A stretch of 64,000 bases of DNA from Candidatus Poribacteria bacterium (GCA_965215265.1 OZ244048.1:2528001-2592000), one strand, 5' to 3'; positions 30,347 through 40,316 are shown, counted from the first letter of the stretch. Numbers and translations are program-made. The notes: generated by a model from the sequence alone, not told the origin.

Positions 30347-32785
30347 ATGCGTAAGTCCTGTCTTATTGCAACAATAGCGATTTTTGTGGTTTCCGTTACG
30401 TTGGGTACGTTGGGCAGAAGTGCCCGCGCACATACGTTGGACGGAGGTGCCCACACGCAACATCCTGATTTTCATGTTGGCCCTGACAGCATCACCTTTT
30501 CTAACCCAAACCCTATTGAAGGCGAAGAGATTACTATCTATGTTGCAGTGAAGAACATTGGGGATGTGACACCGACCATGAATCAGGATTTGGTTGTTGA
30601 ACTTTACGAGGCGCATCCAGCCACACAGCCGCTCCAAATTCTATGTACGGATGTTATCTTAGAATTAAAACCCAGGCAAGCTGACCGTGTGAAAACGCAG
30701 TGGAGACCGCCTCCCGGACAGACTGAGATTTATGCTGTCGTTAACCCTAAAGGGAAACAGTATATTCATGAAGCAAACAGAGACAACAACGTCGCGTCCG
30801 CCGTGCTGGCTGCAAAATCGAGGACATTTCCTCCGGCAACCCCGGAGAGCATCCAGAACGCAATCGCCAAAGGAGTGGCGTGGATTGAGGCACAACAAGG
30901 TAAACACAGCCGTATCTGTCTACAGTGTGGGACTGAAAACCAACTGATTTTAACTTGTATTGCTTGTGGTGCAAACCTGAAAGGTGTCGCTGAAAATTTT
31001 GTGCCCGGCTCTGTTTGGGATTTTGGAGAAGACCGAACCCAGGAGACATCGCTTGCCTTGCAGGCATTGTTCGCCTCTGGCCGTACTCCAGATCATCCGT
31101 CGGTTCAGAAAGGTATCACCTTTCTGCTGGAACAGAATTGGAACGAGTTTGCCGTTTACCACTATGCGGTCATAGTGCCTGTTTTAGTGGCAAGTCAGAA
31201 TCCTGCGTATAGAGAACGCGTCCAATTCGCTGTGAATCAGTTAGTCAAAAAGCAGCTGCCGGTTCCCGGAAGTGAATTTGCTGACGAGCGAGACGATGGC
31301 GGCTGGGGCTATGGCTACAGTGCGGATGGCGCGCACATGAACATGGTCGTCTACGCGCTCTATGCAGCCAAGCATGCCCAACTTGAAATTCCACAGCAGG
31401 TCTGGGAACGTGCGGAACAGTGGATCCGTAGGAACCAAACCGAAACTGGTGGCTGGCTCTATAATCTGGTAGAGGAAGGTTCTCCCTGGGCAATAGGTGT
31501 TTACGGTAGTATGACGGCAACGGGGCTGTGGGCACTTCGTGCGTGTGGTGTACCTGTGGAAGACCCACAAATTCAGAAAGGCACCGCATGGGTAAAAAAG
31601 CATTGGACTTTGACCCGGAACCCCGGCTCTAACTCCTGGCTGTACTATTATCTCCTTTCGTTGCAACGGTTCTGTGACATTCCGCCCAGCCTCAATACAC
31701 TTGCTGGACATAACTGGTACGATGCATTTGCGGGGATGATGGTGGCAAAACAGGAAGCAGATGGAAGATGGCGCGATTCAGAAGGTGATTTTACCGCTAC
31801 CTGTTTCGCCGTGATGACCTTGAACCATGCCCTGGTGGGGCCGACAGCGCCTAATATCGGGATTGTACCGCGGAGCCTGCGGTTTTCGCCCCCGGCACCC
31901 CGTGTTGGTGAAGCTGTACGCCTGAGCGTCACACTCAGAAATACGGGAACTCCATTTGATGAACTTCTGAATGTTGAATTCTATGCAGATGACGTGAAGG
32001 TCAGCACCGCTGAAGTGCTTTGGACCTCGACGCTTGGGGATACATCCGTATCCACTGACTGGGTGCCAACCGCGGAGGAAAAAGTTAAAATCAGGGCACA
32101 GGTTGTTTTTGAGGACACAGATGCGAGCGACAATACTGAATCGGCGTTCGTTACCGTCTATCCGAAGGACACTGCTGCTACAGATACGCAGATGGCGAAA
32201 CCGCAGAAACTTGGAGACGGGGTTTACCAGCTCGGTAATGTGGTTTTTGATGTTAAGAAACGTGAAGTTACGGTGCCGGGCGAAATTAATATTGTCGGTG
32301 CGGACGCAAATATTGAATTCTTTGCTTGTGGTAAACTGGGTAAGACGCACGAAAGCGTTCTTATCCTTGATGCGGAGCCGTTTTATATGTATGCTGCGCT
32401 GGGTTCACTTGAGTTTAAGGCGGGTATGAATCTCGTTGAGGAAGGCGACCTGCGCCGACCGGAAGGTGCCCTCGTTGAAATCTGGGTAGAATGGGAACGT
32501 GGGGATGAGACTATTTTTCGCCGGGCGGAGGACTTGGTATGGAACACTTTCGAGGAACGCCCGATGCAAGAAACGCCCTGGGTTTTCACCGGGGGGCGGG
32601 TTGTAAATGACCAGCTCACCACGCAACTTTTTCATAACATCATTGCTGTTTATCGAGATCCGGATTCGCTTTTCAACCACCCATTGCCGACAGGGACTAA
32701 TGATCTAACTTATCGTGTGAATACTGATATCATTCCGCCTAAAGGCACAAAGGTTAAGGTAATTATCCGACCTGTGCAGGCTTAG
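30347..32785 (+). CDS. secreted multidomain protein: CARDB + prenyltransferase/squalene-cyclase-like barrel + CARDB + YdjY-like domain
   Basis: PNPIEGEEITIYVAVKNIG...EANRDNN (CARDB), QxxxGGWxY repeats, a second CARDB-like domain and C-terminal EFFAC..GKTHES..W.FTG. Confidence 0.75.
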   Translation: MRKSCLIATIAIFVVSVTLGTLGRSARAHTLDGGAHTQHPDFHVGPDSITFSNPNPIEGEEITIYVAVKNIGDVTPTMNQDLVVELYEAHPATQPLQILCTDVILELKPRQADRVKTQWRPPPGQTEIYAVVNPKGKQYIHEANRDNNVASAVLAAKSRTFPPATPESIQNAIAKGVAWIEAQQGKHSRICLQCGTENQLILTCIACGANLKGVAENFVPGSVWDFGEDRTQETSLALQALFASGRTPDHPSVQKGITFLLEQNWNEFAVYHYAVIVPVLVASQNPAYRERVQFAVNQLVKKQLPVPGSEFADERDDGGWGYGYSADGAHMNMVVYALYAAKHAQLEIPQQVWERAEQWIRRNQTETGGWLYNLVEEGSPWAIGVYGSMTATGLWALRACGVPVEDPQIQKGTAWVKKHWTLTRNPGSNSWLYYYLLSLQRFCDIPPSLNTLAGHNWYDAFAGMMVAKQEADGRWRDSEGDFTATCFAVMTLNHALVGPTAPNIGIVPRSLRFSPPAPRVGEAVRLSVTLRNTGTPFDELLNVEFYADDVKVSTAEVLWTSTLGDTSVSTDWVPTAEEKVKIRAQVVFEDTDASDNTESAFVTVYPKDTAATDTQMAKPQKLGDGVYQLGNVVFDVKKREVTVPGEINIVGADANIEFFACGKLGKTHESVLILDAEPFYMYAALGSLEFKAGMNLVEEGDLRRPEGALVEIWVEWERGDETIFRRAEDLVWNTFEERPMQETPWVFTGGRVVNDQLTTQLFHNIIAVYRDPDSLFNHPLPTGTNDLTYRVNTDIIPPKGTKVKVIIRPVQA

Positions 32786-32841
32786 CACAAACAATTAACG
32801 GCTGTAGAGACGTTCTACAGCAGGTTCTAGTCAGGAAAACG

Positions 32842-33027
32842 ATGCCAATTTTTGAATATCACTGTAACGAATGCGAAATCCGTTTTGAGGTGCTTCACCG
32901 TGCTGGTAATTCCGCCAGAACCGTGAAGTGCCCGGTGTGTGGTGCACAAAACCCGACCAGATGCTTCTCGGCGTTTGCCACGGGTTCAACAACACAGAAG
33001 GAGTCTGACACTGCAGGCGTGACGTGA
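32842..33027 (+). CDS. FmdB-family zinc ribbon protein (possibly extends by UGA-Sec readthrough to 33057)
   Basis: MPIFEYHCNEC...FE...CPVCG...S motif. Confidence 0.85.
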   Translation: MPIFEYHCNECEIRFEVLHRAGNSARTVKCPVCGAQNPTRCFSAFATGSTTQKESDTAGVT

Positions 33028-33053
33028 GCGATTCCTAGCAGTGGCAGTTTGCC

Positions 33054-34475
33054 ATGATGAGACAGCCGGTTTCAAAGAATCAGCCCAAGCCTCCCAATAT
33101 TCTACGCGAAATTCAACGGAACAAGGTTGCCCCGGTTTATCTGCTCTCTGGAGAGGAGAGGTTCCTTATCGAAGGCACCCTGAAGCAGATGCTAGATAGT
33201 TTGTTAACCCCTGAGACGCGCGATTTTAATCTGTCCTTCTTAGAAGGGAGCGCTGTCACAATGCGGGAAATTCTTAGTCAGGTTGAGCTCTACCCGGTCA
33301 TGTCGAAATGGCGGATTGTGGTGGTTTACGAGCCGCAAATCTTCAAGACCAAGCAGAGCGCCACACCAATCACACTGCTCCGAAACGCAGTCAAACTTGA
33401 AAAAGAGGATACCCAGAAGTGTATCACCACGGCAACGAAACTCCTTGAAGTTACGGGTGGGCAGATTGCGGAACAACATCCGGATTTTACTGATGCCGCT
33501 GCGGCTATCATAGAGGAATTAGGGAATAAGTTAACTGATTCTGAGCGTGAATTCCTTGAGCGGTTACCAGAGATAGCGGCGAAAGTCGAAGTTCACTCTA
33601 CCGATATTGGAGCAACCGACGATGCCGAATTGCTGCTTGAATGGCTCCAAGGCGAATTGCCGAAAACGAGCATCTTGATATTGACAGTGGGACGGACAGT
33701 GAACGAACGGTCCCGCATTGTGAAAGCTATTCAGAAGATCGGCCGGTACGTTTCTTTTAAACCGTTGGAAAGAGGGAAGTCGCTGAACCAAGACCCGCTT
33801 TACAAAAAAGTTACCGAAAAGTTAGCAGAATTTAACAAGCAGATAACGCCGCGTGCTTTTGAGCAACTCCGTATGCGCACGGGCGGCGATATGCAAACCA
33901 CTGCTGAAGCTATCAACAAAATTGTTAATTTTGTGGGCGACAAACACCAAGTGGACGAGAAAGATGTCCGAAATATGGTAACGCAAAATGCATTTAACCG
34001 AATTTTTGACCTCACCGATGCGATCGGAAAACGTTCTCTGGCACAAGCGTTGAAAAGTCTTCATGAAGTGTTAGCCAGCGGTGAACCGCACCTCAAGGTT
34101 AATACGTTGATTATCCGGCAGCTCCGTCTCGCCTTACAAGCGAAATTGATAACCACCAAAAAGAAATTAAAACCGATCGGACGTAGAATGCCCCCCTATG
34201 CTTTTGATAATGAGATTTTTAAACCGCTCGCGCAGGAAATCTCAGGCTTACTTCCTAAAACCGCTGAAACGAACATCTTGAAGCAGAACCCTTACGCTGC
34301 GTACAAAATTTTTCAGACACTGCCCGCTTTCACCAATGAAGAACTCATTACAGCACTTGAAAAGGCACTTGAGGCGGATATCCGATTGAAAACAGATCAG
34401 TTAGATGCCACCTGCATTCTGGAAGAATTAGTATGTGAGTTGTGCCACAGCCCGAAAGGACGGAGGCGTCCTTAA
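33054..34475 (+). CDS. holA: DNA polymerase III delta subunit
   Basis: VYLLSGEERFL, DFN, RIVVV, IFDLTDAI, ADIRLK; carries an insertion in domain I. Confidence 0.85.
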   Translation: MMRQPVSKNQPKPPNILREIQRNKVAPVYLLSGEERFLIEGTLKQMLDSLLTPETRDFNLSFLEGSAVTMREILSQVELYPVMSKWRIVVVYEPQIFKTKQSATPITLLRNAVKLEKEDTQKCITTATKLLEVTGGQIAEQHPDFTDAAAAIIEELGNKLTDSEREFLERLPEIAAKVEVHSTDIGATDDAELLLEWLQGELPKTSILILTVGRTVNERSRIVKAIQKIGRYVSFKPLERGKSLNQDPLYKKVTEKLAEFNKQITPRAFEQLRMRTGGDMQTTAEAINKIVNFVGDKHQVDEKDVRNMVTQNAFNRIFDLTDAIGKRSLAQALKSLHEVLASGEPHLKVNTLIIRQLRLALQAKLITTKKKLKPIGRRMPPYAFDNEIFKPLAQEISGLLPKTAETNILKQNPYAAYKIFQTLPAFTNEELITALEKALEADIRLKTDQLDATCILEELVCELCHSPKGRRRP

Positions 34476-34568
34476 ACATTTTCCAAATTAGGTTTCCCAA
34501 TTTTTTACTATCCTTTTCGTGCATTGGAGACTCTATTTATTAAGAACAAAAAATCGGAGGGACCGGTA

Positions 34569-34805
34569 ATGGTAGAAATAATTGTCATTATTGCGATTAT
34601 ATTTGGAAGTATTATTGTAACAACGCTTGGATGCGTCTGGATGGGTACGTCGTACTCCGCTAAGAAACGGGGCTTGACAAAGGGTGCGTCGCAACGCGAA
34701 ATAGAGGCAGTGCAGCAACAGCTCGCCAAGGTTCAAGAAGAAGTAGCCACGATTAAGAATGAAGTTGAACGGCTAATCAAAGTGGCTAAGGGCATTGACG
34801 AGTGA
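34569..34805 (+). CDS. small membrane protein with C-terminal coiled coil
   Basis: GGAGG RBS before ATG 34569; TM helix followed by a heptad-rich tail. Confidence 0.7.
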   Translation: MVEIIVIIAIIFGSIIVTTLGCVWMGTSYSAKKRGLTKGASQREIEAVQQQLAKVQEEVATIKNEVERLIKVAKGIDE

Positions 34806-34817
34806 AGGAGAAATCGG

Positions 34818-35159
34818 ATGATATTACTACTACTACTCATATTTCTCGTTGCAATGTTCTTTGTATTCGTAGAGTTTATGACTGCGATTACCGCGGTTAT
34901 AACCATTATCATGGGTAGCATTAGCGTCACTACGCTTACTATTGTGTGGATAGTAACTGCTCACTCACTGAAAAAGGCGGGGTACGATTCGAAAAGAGGA
35001 CAGCAGACGTATCAGGAAGTGAAATCCGGTTTGCAAGAGTTGTCGGCAGATTTGAGTGAATTTCATTTGCAGTTAGCAAAAGTGGAACCTCTTCTACGCG
35101 ATAGGGAGTTTCTAAAGTACGCCCGTCAAGCTCGTCCCTCCACTAAAAAATCTCCATAA
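34818..35159 (+). CDS. small membrane protein, paralog of 34569..34805
   Basis: AAGGAG RBS; IIMGSISVTTLTIVW..SLKKAG aligns with IIFGSIIVTTLGCVW..SAKKRG. Confidence 0.7.
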   Translation: MILLLLLIFLVAMFFVFVEFMTAITAVITIIMGSISVTTLTIVWIVTAHSLKKAGYDSKRGQQTYQEVKSGLQELSADLSEFHLQLAKVEPLLRDREFLKYARQARPSTKKSP

Positions 35160-35223
35160 GGGTTATAGGGTTCTGCCTGAATATCTCGCAATAGAGGAAT
35201 TGCTTCCATAAGCCACGGAAAGC

Positions 35224-36420
35224 TTAGGGTTTCAGCCAATAGTGAAATTCAACGCCTTTTTCCGCGGGGGCAACTACCCTTAATAAAACTGTGCTGTCTA
35301 TGAGTAAATCTACCGCCATGAAACCTGTATGGGCATGCGCGAATAAGGTATTGGGTCCGTCTGTGACTTCTGTGACTTTCCGGCTTGAGGCGGCTCCACT
35401 CACAAGGAGATAATCGGCACTGTCCCCTTTTAGTACCTGCAGAGAATGCTCATGTCCGGATGCATAGATTAAGAGAGGTGGCTCTGTAGGGTGATTCCTC
35501 GTTGAAAATGCTGCGTTCAGTTGCTGGACCATGTTTTTGTTGGATGCCCCACTGATATCCTGGTCGGATTTATAATGCCATCTTGCGAAATGATAGAGTG
35601 ACCCGACTATCGGTGTCGGTATCCAGCACCACTTTTTCCAATCTCTGAGTGCGAAAAGGTGCGCTTGCCAATTACGGAACCCACCATGCGGCCCATACGT
35701 CACGAGCGGATGATGCCCTATGACGATAATAGGCAAATCCGTGATTAACATCCGTTGCAGTCGTTCTATCACGATGGTAGAACTAATTTCAGTTTTCTCG
35801 TATCTGTGGAGCCACCATTGGGTATCAAGCACGATAAGCCGAACCACCGGTGCCGGTTGCGGTAAGTCCAATGCTACGGGTCCGGGGTGCCCTGCGTAGG
35901 GCAAAAAATTTGGCAGTCGCGATAAGTTGTGTGTGCGCAATTCTTCATTAATAAATTTCTCTTGCGTGCGTAGGGCGCTGTAGCCTTCTGCTTTGCCACT
36001 TGCCCAATCGTGATTGCCAGGGATAAATAAGCCGTGCGCGCCACTCGCTTTGATCGTAGCTAACTGTGGTCCGAGGCGTGTTGTCGCTTCGTCCTGCTTG
36101 TGTTCTGTCATCCCGTGTGGATAGATATTGTCGCCTAAAAAGACGATGCTGCTTTTTTGAGCATTTTTTCGTGCCCATTCCTCAAGTGATTTGAGAACCG
36201 GTTCGTCTTTTTTGGGGGCACCGCCGTCGCCAAGTAGAAGGATCCGATAAGCGAGCGCGGCATCCGGTTCAACGTCACCTTTCGTAGTGACAGGTACGCT
36301 TGAATCATAGTAAGGCGACGTGTGACTACACCCGGCAATTGTCAGTTGAATCACTTGCACAACTGCCAGGAATAGGAATATGGACCAGAGAAGACGCGAA
36401 CGTCGATAAGATGCTATCAT
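35224..36420 (-). CDS. calcineurin-like metallophosphoesterase, lipoprotein
   Basis: Lipobox IAGC; GDGG, GDNIY, GNHD, HHP, GHEH. Confidence 0.88.
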   Translation of the reverse strand: MIASYRRSRLLWSIFLFLAVVQVIQLTIAGCSHTSPYYDSSVPVTTKGDVEPDAALAYRILLLGDGGAPKKDEPVLKSLEEWARKNAQKSSIVFLGDNIYPHGMTEHKQDEATTRLGPQLATIKASGAHGLFIPGNHDWASGKAEGYSALRTQEKFINEELRTHNLSRLPNFLPYAGHPGPVALDLPQPAPVVRLIVLDTQWWLHRYEKTEISSTIVIERLQRMLITDLPIIVIGHHPLVTYGPHGGFRNWQAHLFALRDWKKWCWIPTPIVGSLYHFARWHYKSDQDISGASNKNMVQQLNAAFSTRNHPTEPPLLIYASGHEHSLQVLKGDSADYLLVSGAASSRKVTEVTDGPNTLFAHAHTGFMAVDLLIDSTVLLRVVAPAEKGVEFHYWLKP

Positions 36421-36424
36421 CTCT

Positions 36425-37756
36425 CTACGAAATGCTCAGTCCGTGCTTTATTTTAGCGACGAGCTGCTCGCGTGGTATAGTCTGTTGTGTTCTGCTCGCG
36501 AGGTGCCGGATAGCGACGTTCCCGGCTTCCACCTCGTCAGGCCCGAGGATCGCAACGTAAGGGATACCTCTGCTATCAGCGTACTTGAGCTGCCCACTAA
36601 GGCGTGCAGCATGAAAATAGACTTCGGTTTGTACACCCGCTTGGCGAAGAGAGGTTGCCAATTTGAGGGATTCCTGCATCAGTTGTTCATCAAAGAGAGT
36701 GACAAGTACCTGTGTCACCGTTTTTCCGACAGTGGGAGGGAACATAGAGAATTCCTCCATTACATCAATAATGCGTTCAATGCCGAAACTTGTTCCTGTT
36801 GCTGGATGACTCTGTTTACTGAAGTTTCCGATGAGTTCGTCGTATCTGCCGCCGCCGGTGATGCTACCGATTTTTGGTTGTTCGACAACCGTTTCATAAA
36901 TCGGACCTGTGTAGTACTCGAGGCCACGCACCATTGCGACGTTCACCCGGTAGCATTCCTCAGGAAGTTGGAGCATAGCGAGGTAGCTGCTGAGTTCTTT
37001 CAATTCAGCGATACCTTCCGTTGCGACTTCGGAATTCTCGAGTTTTTCAGCAAGTGCCCCGAGCACCGTCTCTGCGTCGCCTTCTATTTGAAGGAGCACA
37101 AGGAGTTTTTCAATCACGGTTTCTGGAATTTCATTTTTGCGTAATTCTTCTCTCACGCCGTCCAATCCGATTTTATCCAATTTATCAATAGAACGGTAAA
37201 GTCCACCGAGTTGTTCTGAAGGCACGCCGGCGAATTGCCCAATTCCGGTGATGAGTTTCCGGTCATTGATATTGATTTCAAACTGTTTGAATCCAAGGCG
37301 AGATAACACCTGATAGATAAGATTCACGTTTTCGGCGTCAGCCAACATGCTGTCGCTGCCGACGGTATCTGCATCGCACTGATAGAATTGCCTGTAACGT
37401 CCTTTCTGCGGACGTTCAGCGCGCCACACCGGGTCGATCTGGTAGCGCTTAAACGGTTTGGGCAGCTGCGGGTACATAGCGACGACACGGCAGAGCGGCA
37501 CGGACAGATCATAGCGCAGCGAGATATTCTCCTTGCCGCCGCTGTGTCCCGCCTGATAAATGAGTTTCTCTGCATCCGGTCCGTACTTGCCCATTAGCAC
37601 CTCTGAGAGCTCAAGTGCGGGTGTCTGCAGTGGTTCAAACCCGAAAGTCTCAAAGACGCCGCGAATGACATCTATGACGTAGTGCCTGCGAATCATCTGT
37701 TCTGGTAAAATATCCCGCGTTCCCCGGGGGACGCGCGGTTTGATAAAATTTGCCAC
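36425..37756 (-). CDS. hisS: histidyl-tRNA synthetase
   Basis: RGTRD, LRYDL, WRAERPQKGRYRQFYQCDAD, RGLEYYTG, GGGRYD, GIER and an anticodon-binding domain. Confidence 0.96.
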   Translation of the reverse strand: MANFIKPRVPRGTRDILPEQMIRRHYVIDVIRGVFETFGFEPLQTPALELSEVLMGKYGPDAEKLIYQAGHSGGKENISLRYDLSVPLCRVVAMYPQLPKPFKRYQIDPVWRAERPQKGRYRQFYQCDADTVGSDSMLADAENVNLIYQVLSRLGFKQFEININDRKLITGIGQFAGVPSEQLGGLYRSIDKLDKIGLDGVREELRKNEIPETVIEKLLVLLQIEGDAETVLGALAEKLENSEVATEGIAELKELSSYLAMLQLPEECYRVNVAMVRGLEYYTGPIYETVVEQPKIGSITGGGRYDELIGNFSKQSHPATGTSFGIERIIDVMEEFSMFPPTVGKTVTQVLVTLFDEQLMQESLKLATSLRQAGVQTEVYFHAARLSGQLKYADSRGIPYVAILGPDEVEAGNVAIRHLASRTQQTIPREQLVAKIKHGLSIS

Positions 37757-37792
37757 TGTTTTATCTCCGTTAGATTAGATTATCCTCTTTTT

Positions 37793-38572
37793 TTATATGT
37801 GTCCTGGGAGCGCTTGACTCCGTCGTCTGCGCAACCCTTTCTCCAACGTCTGCTTGAATTCCTCAATTTTCTCCTGCTTCCACGTATCCCTGAGAGACTT
37901 CGGATTTGCAATCAGAGTGGATTCGGACTCCCGTAGCAACTCAATGACTTTGAGTTCATTCGCGAGAAGCGTTCGCCGGGATGAGGTTGAATTGTCGATA
38001 ATAGCATCTGCCTCTTCCGGTGGTTTCCCTTCCGTCGCGCCAAAAGAGAGCATGAGCGTGAAGGGTGACTGGTAACTGCCACGAGTGTTGAGTCGCTTCC
38101 ACGGTGTTAAGATAGCAGGTGCAATTTTGTTATCGGTTTTTTCAAGGATATATTTCTCCGCGATGTTTAGATATTCAGTAGCGATGCGGATATCCCTATC
38201 GGCGAGATTCATCAGATCTTTAAATGTGTGGATATCTTCGCTTTGTTGCCGGACTGCTAAGACAATATCAATGCGTCCATATTCCAAAGGTAGGATTTCT
38301 TGAACATCTGCGTCTGTTTCTTCTACCCAATCTTGCCCTGTGATGCCTAAGTCGTAGAAGTCATCTATTCCGACGTAGACAGGGATCTCTTGTGGGCGCG
38401 AAATTTTTATCTGAAATTCACTGGCATTACGAATTGTGGCCCGATAGGATCTGTCTGTAGCACTGTATCCGTTGACATCGTACCCGGCACGTTGAAACAT
38501 CTCAAGCGTTTCGGACTGTAAAGAGCCTTTAGGTAAAAGGAGTTTCAACGTTTTTTGTGATTGGTTTTGCAT
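37793..38572 (-). CDS. hisG: ATP phosphoribosyltransferase, short form
   Basis: LPKGSL, RPQEIP, DLGITGQD, IATEY, GATE; no C-terminal regulatory domain. Confidence 0.9.
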   Translation of the reverse strand: MQNQSQKTLKLLLPKGSLQSETLEMFQRAGYDVNGYSATDRSYRATIRNASEFQIKISRPQEIPVYVGIDDFYDLGITGQDWVEETDADVQEILPLEYGRIDIVLAVRQQSEDIHTFKDLMNLADRDIRIATEYLNIAEKYILEKTDNKIAPAILTPWKRLNTRGSYQSPFTLMLSFGATEGKPPEEADAIIDNSTSSRRTLLANELKVIELLRESESTLIANPKSLRDTWKQEKIEEFKQTLEKGLRRRRSQALPGHI

Positions 38573-38607
38573 AATAGGTTTCCCCTTCTGTTGTATATCT
38601 GCCCGAT

Positions 38608-40023
38608 TTAGAGCTCTGCGAGTTGGCACTGCTGGACTACGCCTGTTTTGAGATGCCTCCGCTGCATCGGTTCATCTACACTTAAGATGAGCACATACTC
38701 GTAGCCGGTCTGTGCGGCATAATCCAGCTGTGCCTGAGCGTCGCGTTCCATCAGGTCAACTTCCACGGTTTTGCCATCACGCCGCAGAGTTTCAGCAAGA
38801 CGTTGTGCTTCAGCAGCGAGCTCCGGCAAAGCCGTTGCAATGAAGTAGTCCTTTTTTTGTTGAAGCGATGCCGGCTCTGTTTGCGCGAAAACCTTCATCA
38901 GTGCGTCAAAGTGGAAGGCAAAACCGGCCCCGGGAAGTGGAGGACCTCCGAAGGTTTCAATGAGAGTGTCGTAGCGCCCACCGCCACAGAGGGGCAGCTG
39001 CAGCTCTGTTGATTCAATTTGAAAGACGGTACCCGTGTAGAAATCAAATCCACGTGTGAGCCCGAGGTCTATCTCAAAGTTGGTGATATCGTGATTCCGA
39101 AGCGCCTGACAGAGTGCTATGAGTTCCTTTTTTTCTTCATTTGCGATGCCGTCGAGATACTTGTCCCACACCGCTAAGACCTGTTCCTGAGCACCTCGAA
39201 TCTTTGAGACAGCGATACAGCATGCTGCAATCTCTTCCGATACTTGTAGATATCGATGCCATCTCGCCTTATAAGTTGATTCAGCAATTCTCGGCAGGTT
39301 CTCTGCCCATATTGCGGCGTTACTTTCAGAGAGTTCCTGAATGGTGTCCAATTCAATTTTGTGGGGGTAATCGGAACCTTGTATCCGTCGGAGTGTGTTG
39401 AGTTCATCTCGAATTTCTTCTACGTTAGGTGTGCTATGCAAACTTCCGGTTCTTTGGCGAGCGAGGGCATCTAAATCCATGATGATTTCGCCAAGGTCGC
39501 TTGGGTGGAGTTGGACGTTTTGAAAGATTCTGCGGAAGATACCAGGGTTGCCGATTTTGAGTTTTGTCTTGTTGACGTTCAGTTTCTCGAAGATGCGTAC
39601 CGGCATCGTTATAATTTCCGCGTCCGCAAGCACAGATTCGGCCCCGATCAGCTCAACACCGGCTTGCCGAAATTCCCTTCCGGCCGGCTCTTGGCGGACG
39701 CATTGCCCGACGTAGTAAAGTTTATACGGATAAGGCAGATGTTGGAGACTGCCATTTGCGATGAGCCTGCAGACAGGTGCAGTCAATTCAGGTCTCAAGG
39801 CATAATCTACCCGGTCTGATCCGACAAATGTAAACATTTTCTGACGTACCTCTTCGCCAGCCTGCGCGGATAAAAGCGCGAACGATTCAAACAGCGGTGT
39901 CTGAACCTGCGCGTATCCGTATGCCTCAAAGGTTTGACGAACGATATTTTCCACGTAATTCCTCTGAACCATCTGCTCAGGCAGAAAATCGTTTGTGCCA
40001 ATGGGTTTCGTAAACTTTTCCAT
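38608..40023 (-). CDS. hisZ: HisZ-like ATP-PRT regulatory subunit (HisRS paralog)
   Basis: LRPELT, truncated motif 2 (RQEPAGREFRQAGVE), FYTG, GGGRYD, AGFAF; next to short hisG and a separate intact hisS. Alternative start at 40047. Confidence 0.8.
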   Translation of the reverse strand: MEKFTKPIGTNDFLPEQMVQRNYVENIVRQTFEAYGYAQVQTPLFESFALLSAQAGEEVRQKMFTFVGSDRVDYALRPELTAPVCRLIANGSLQHLPYPYKLYYVGQCVRQEPAGREFRQAGVELIGAESVLADAEIITMPVRIFEKLNVNKTKLKIGNPGIFRRIFQNVQLHPSDLGEIIMDLDALARQRTGSLHSTPNVEEIRDELNTLRRIQGSDYPHKIELDTIQELSESNAAIWAENLPRIAESTYKARWHRYLQVSEEIAACCIAVSKIRGAQEQVLAVWDKYLDGIANEEKKELIALCQALRNHDITNFEIDLGLTRGFDFYTGTVFQIESTELQLPLCGGGRYDTLIETFGGPPLPGAGFAFHFDALMKVFAQTEPASLQQKKDYFIATALPELAAEAQRLAETLRRDGKTVEVDLMERDAQAQLDYAAQTGYEYVLILSVDEPMQRRHLKTGVVQQCQLAEL

Positions 40024-40100
40024 AGATGGTGGAACCTCTATCATCATAAATTAGGTTAATCAATTTTGTTTGTGAGGTCAACCCCACAATTGGATATATC

Positions 40101-40185
40101 AAAAAAAATCCCCAGTAAACAGTTGCTCCTTTTGGCTGGTGCGTAAATAGTGCCAGCACAGAGGAGAGCGGTTAGTTTACCAGGG
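40101..40185 (-). terminator. putative attenuator terminator of the his leader
   Basis: Minus-strand CCCUGGUAAAC pairs fully (with G-U) with GUUUACUGGGG and is followed by AUUUUUUUU. Confidence 0.6.
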
Positions 40186-40259
40186 TCAGTGCAAGTTTGA
40201 CTTGCGACATGTCCACAATATTATATGAGGAAAAACCACATCATTCTAATCCGCTCGAC

Positions 40260-40316
40260 TCAGGAATGAATCGAATGATGATGGCGAATGGTGTCAAACA
40301 TATTGAAGAAAAACAT
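40260..40316 (-). CDS. hisL: His-rich leader peptide MFFFNMFDTIRHHHSIHS
   Basis: Four His codons (three in tandem) just before the stop; lies between a consensus promoter and hisZ. Alternative start at 40301. Confidence 0.75.
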   Translation of the reverse strand: MFFFNMFDTIRHHHSIHS

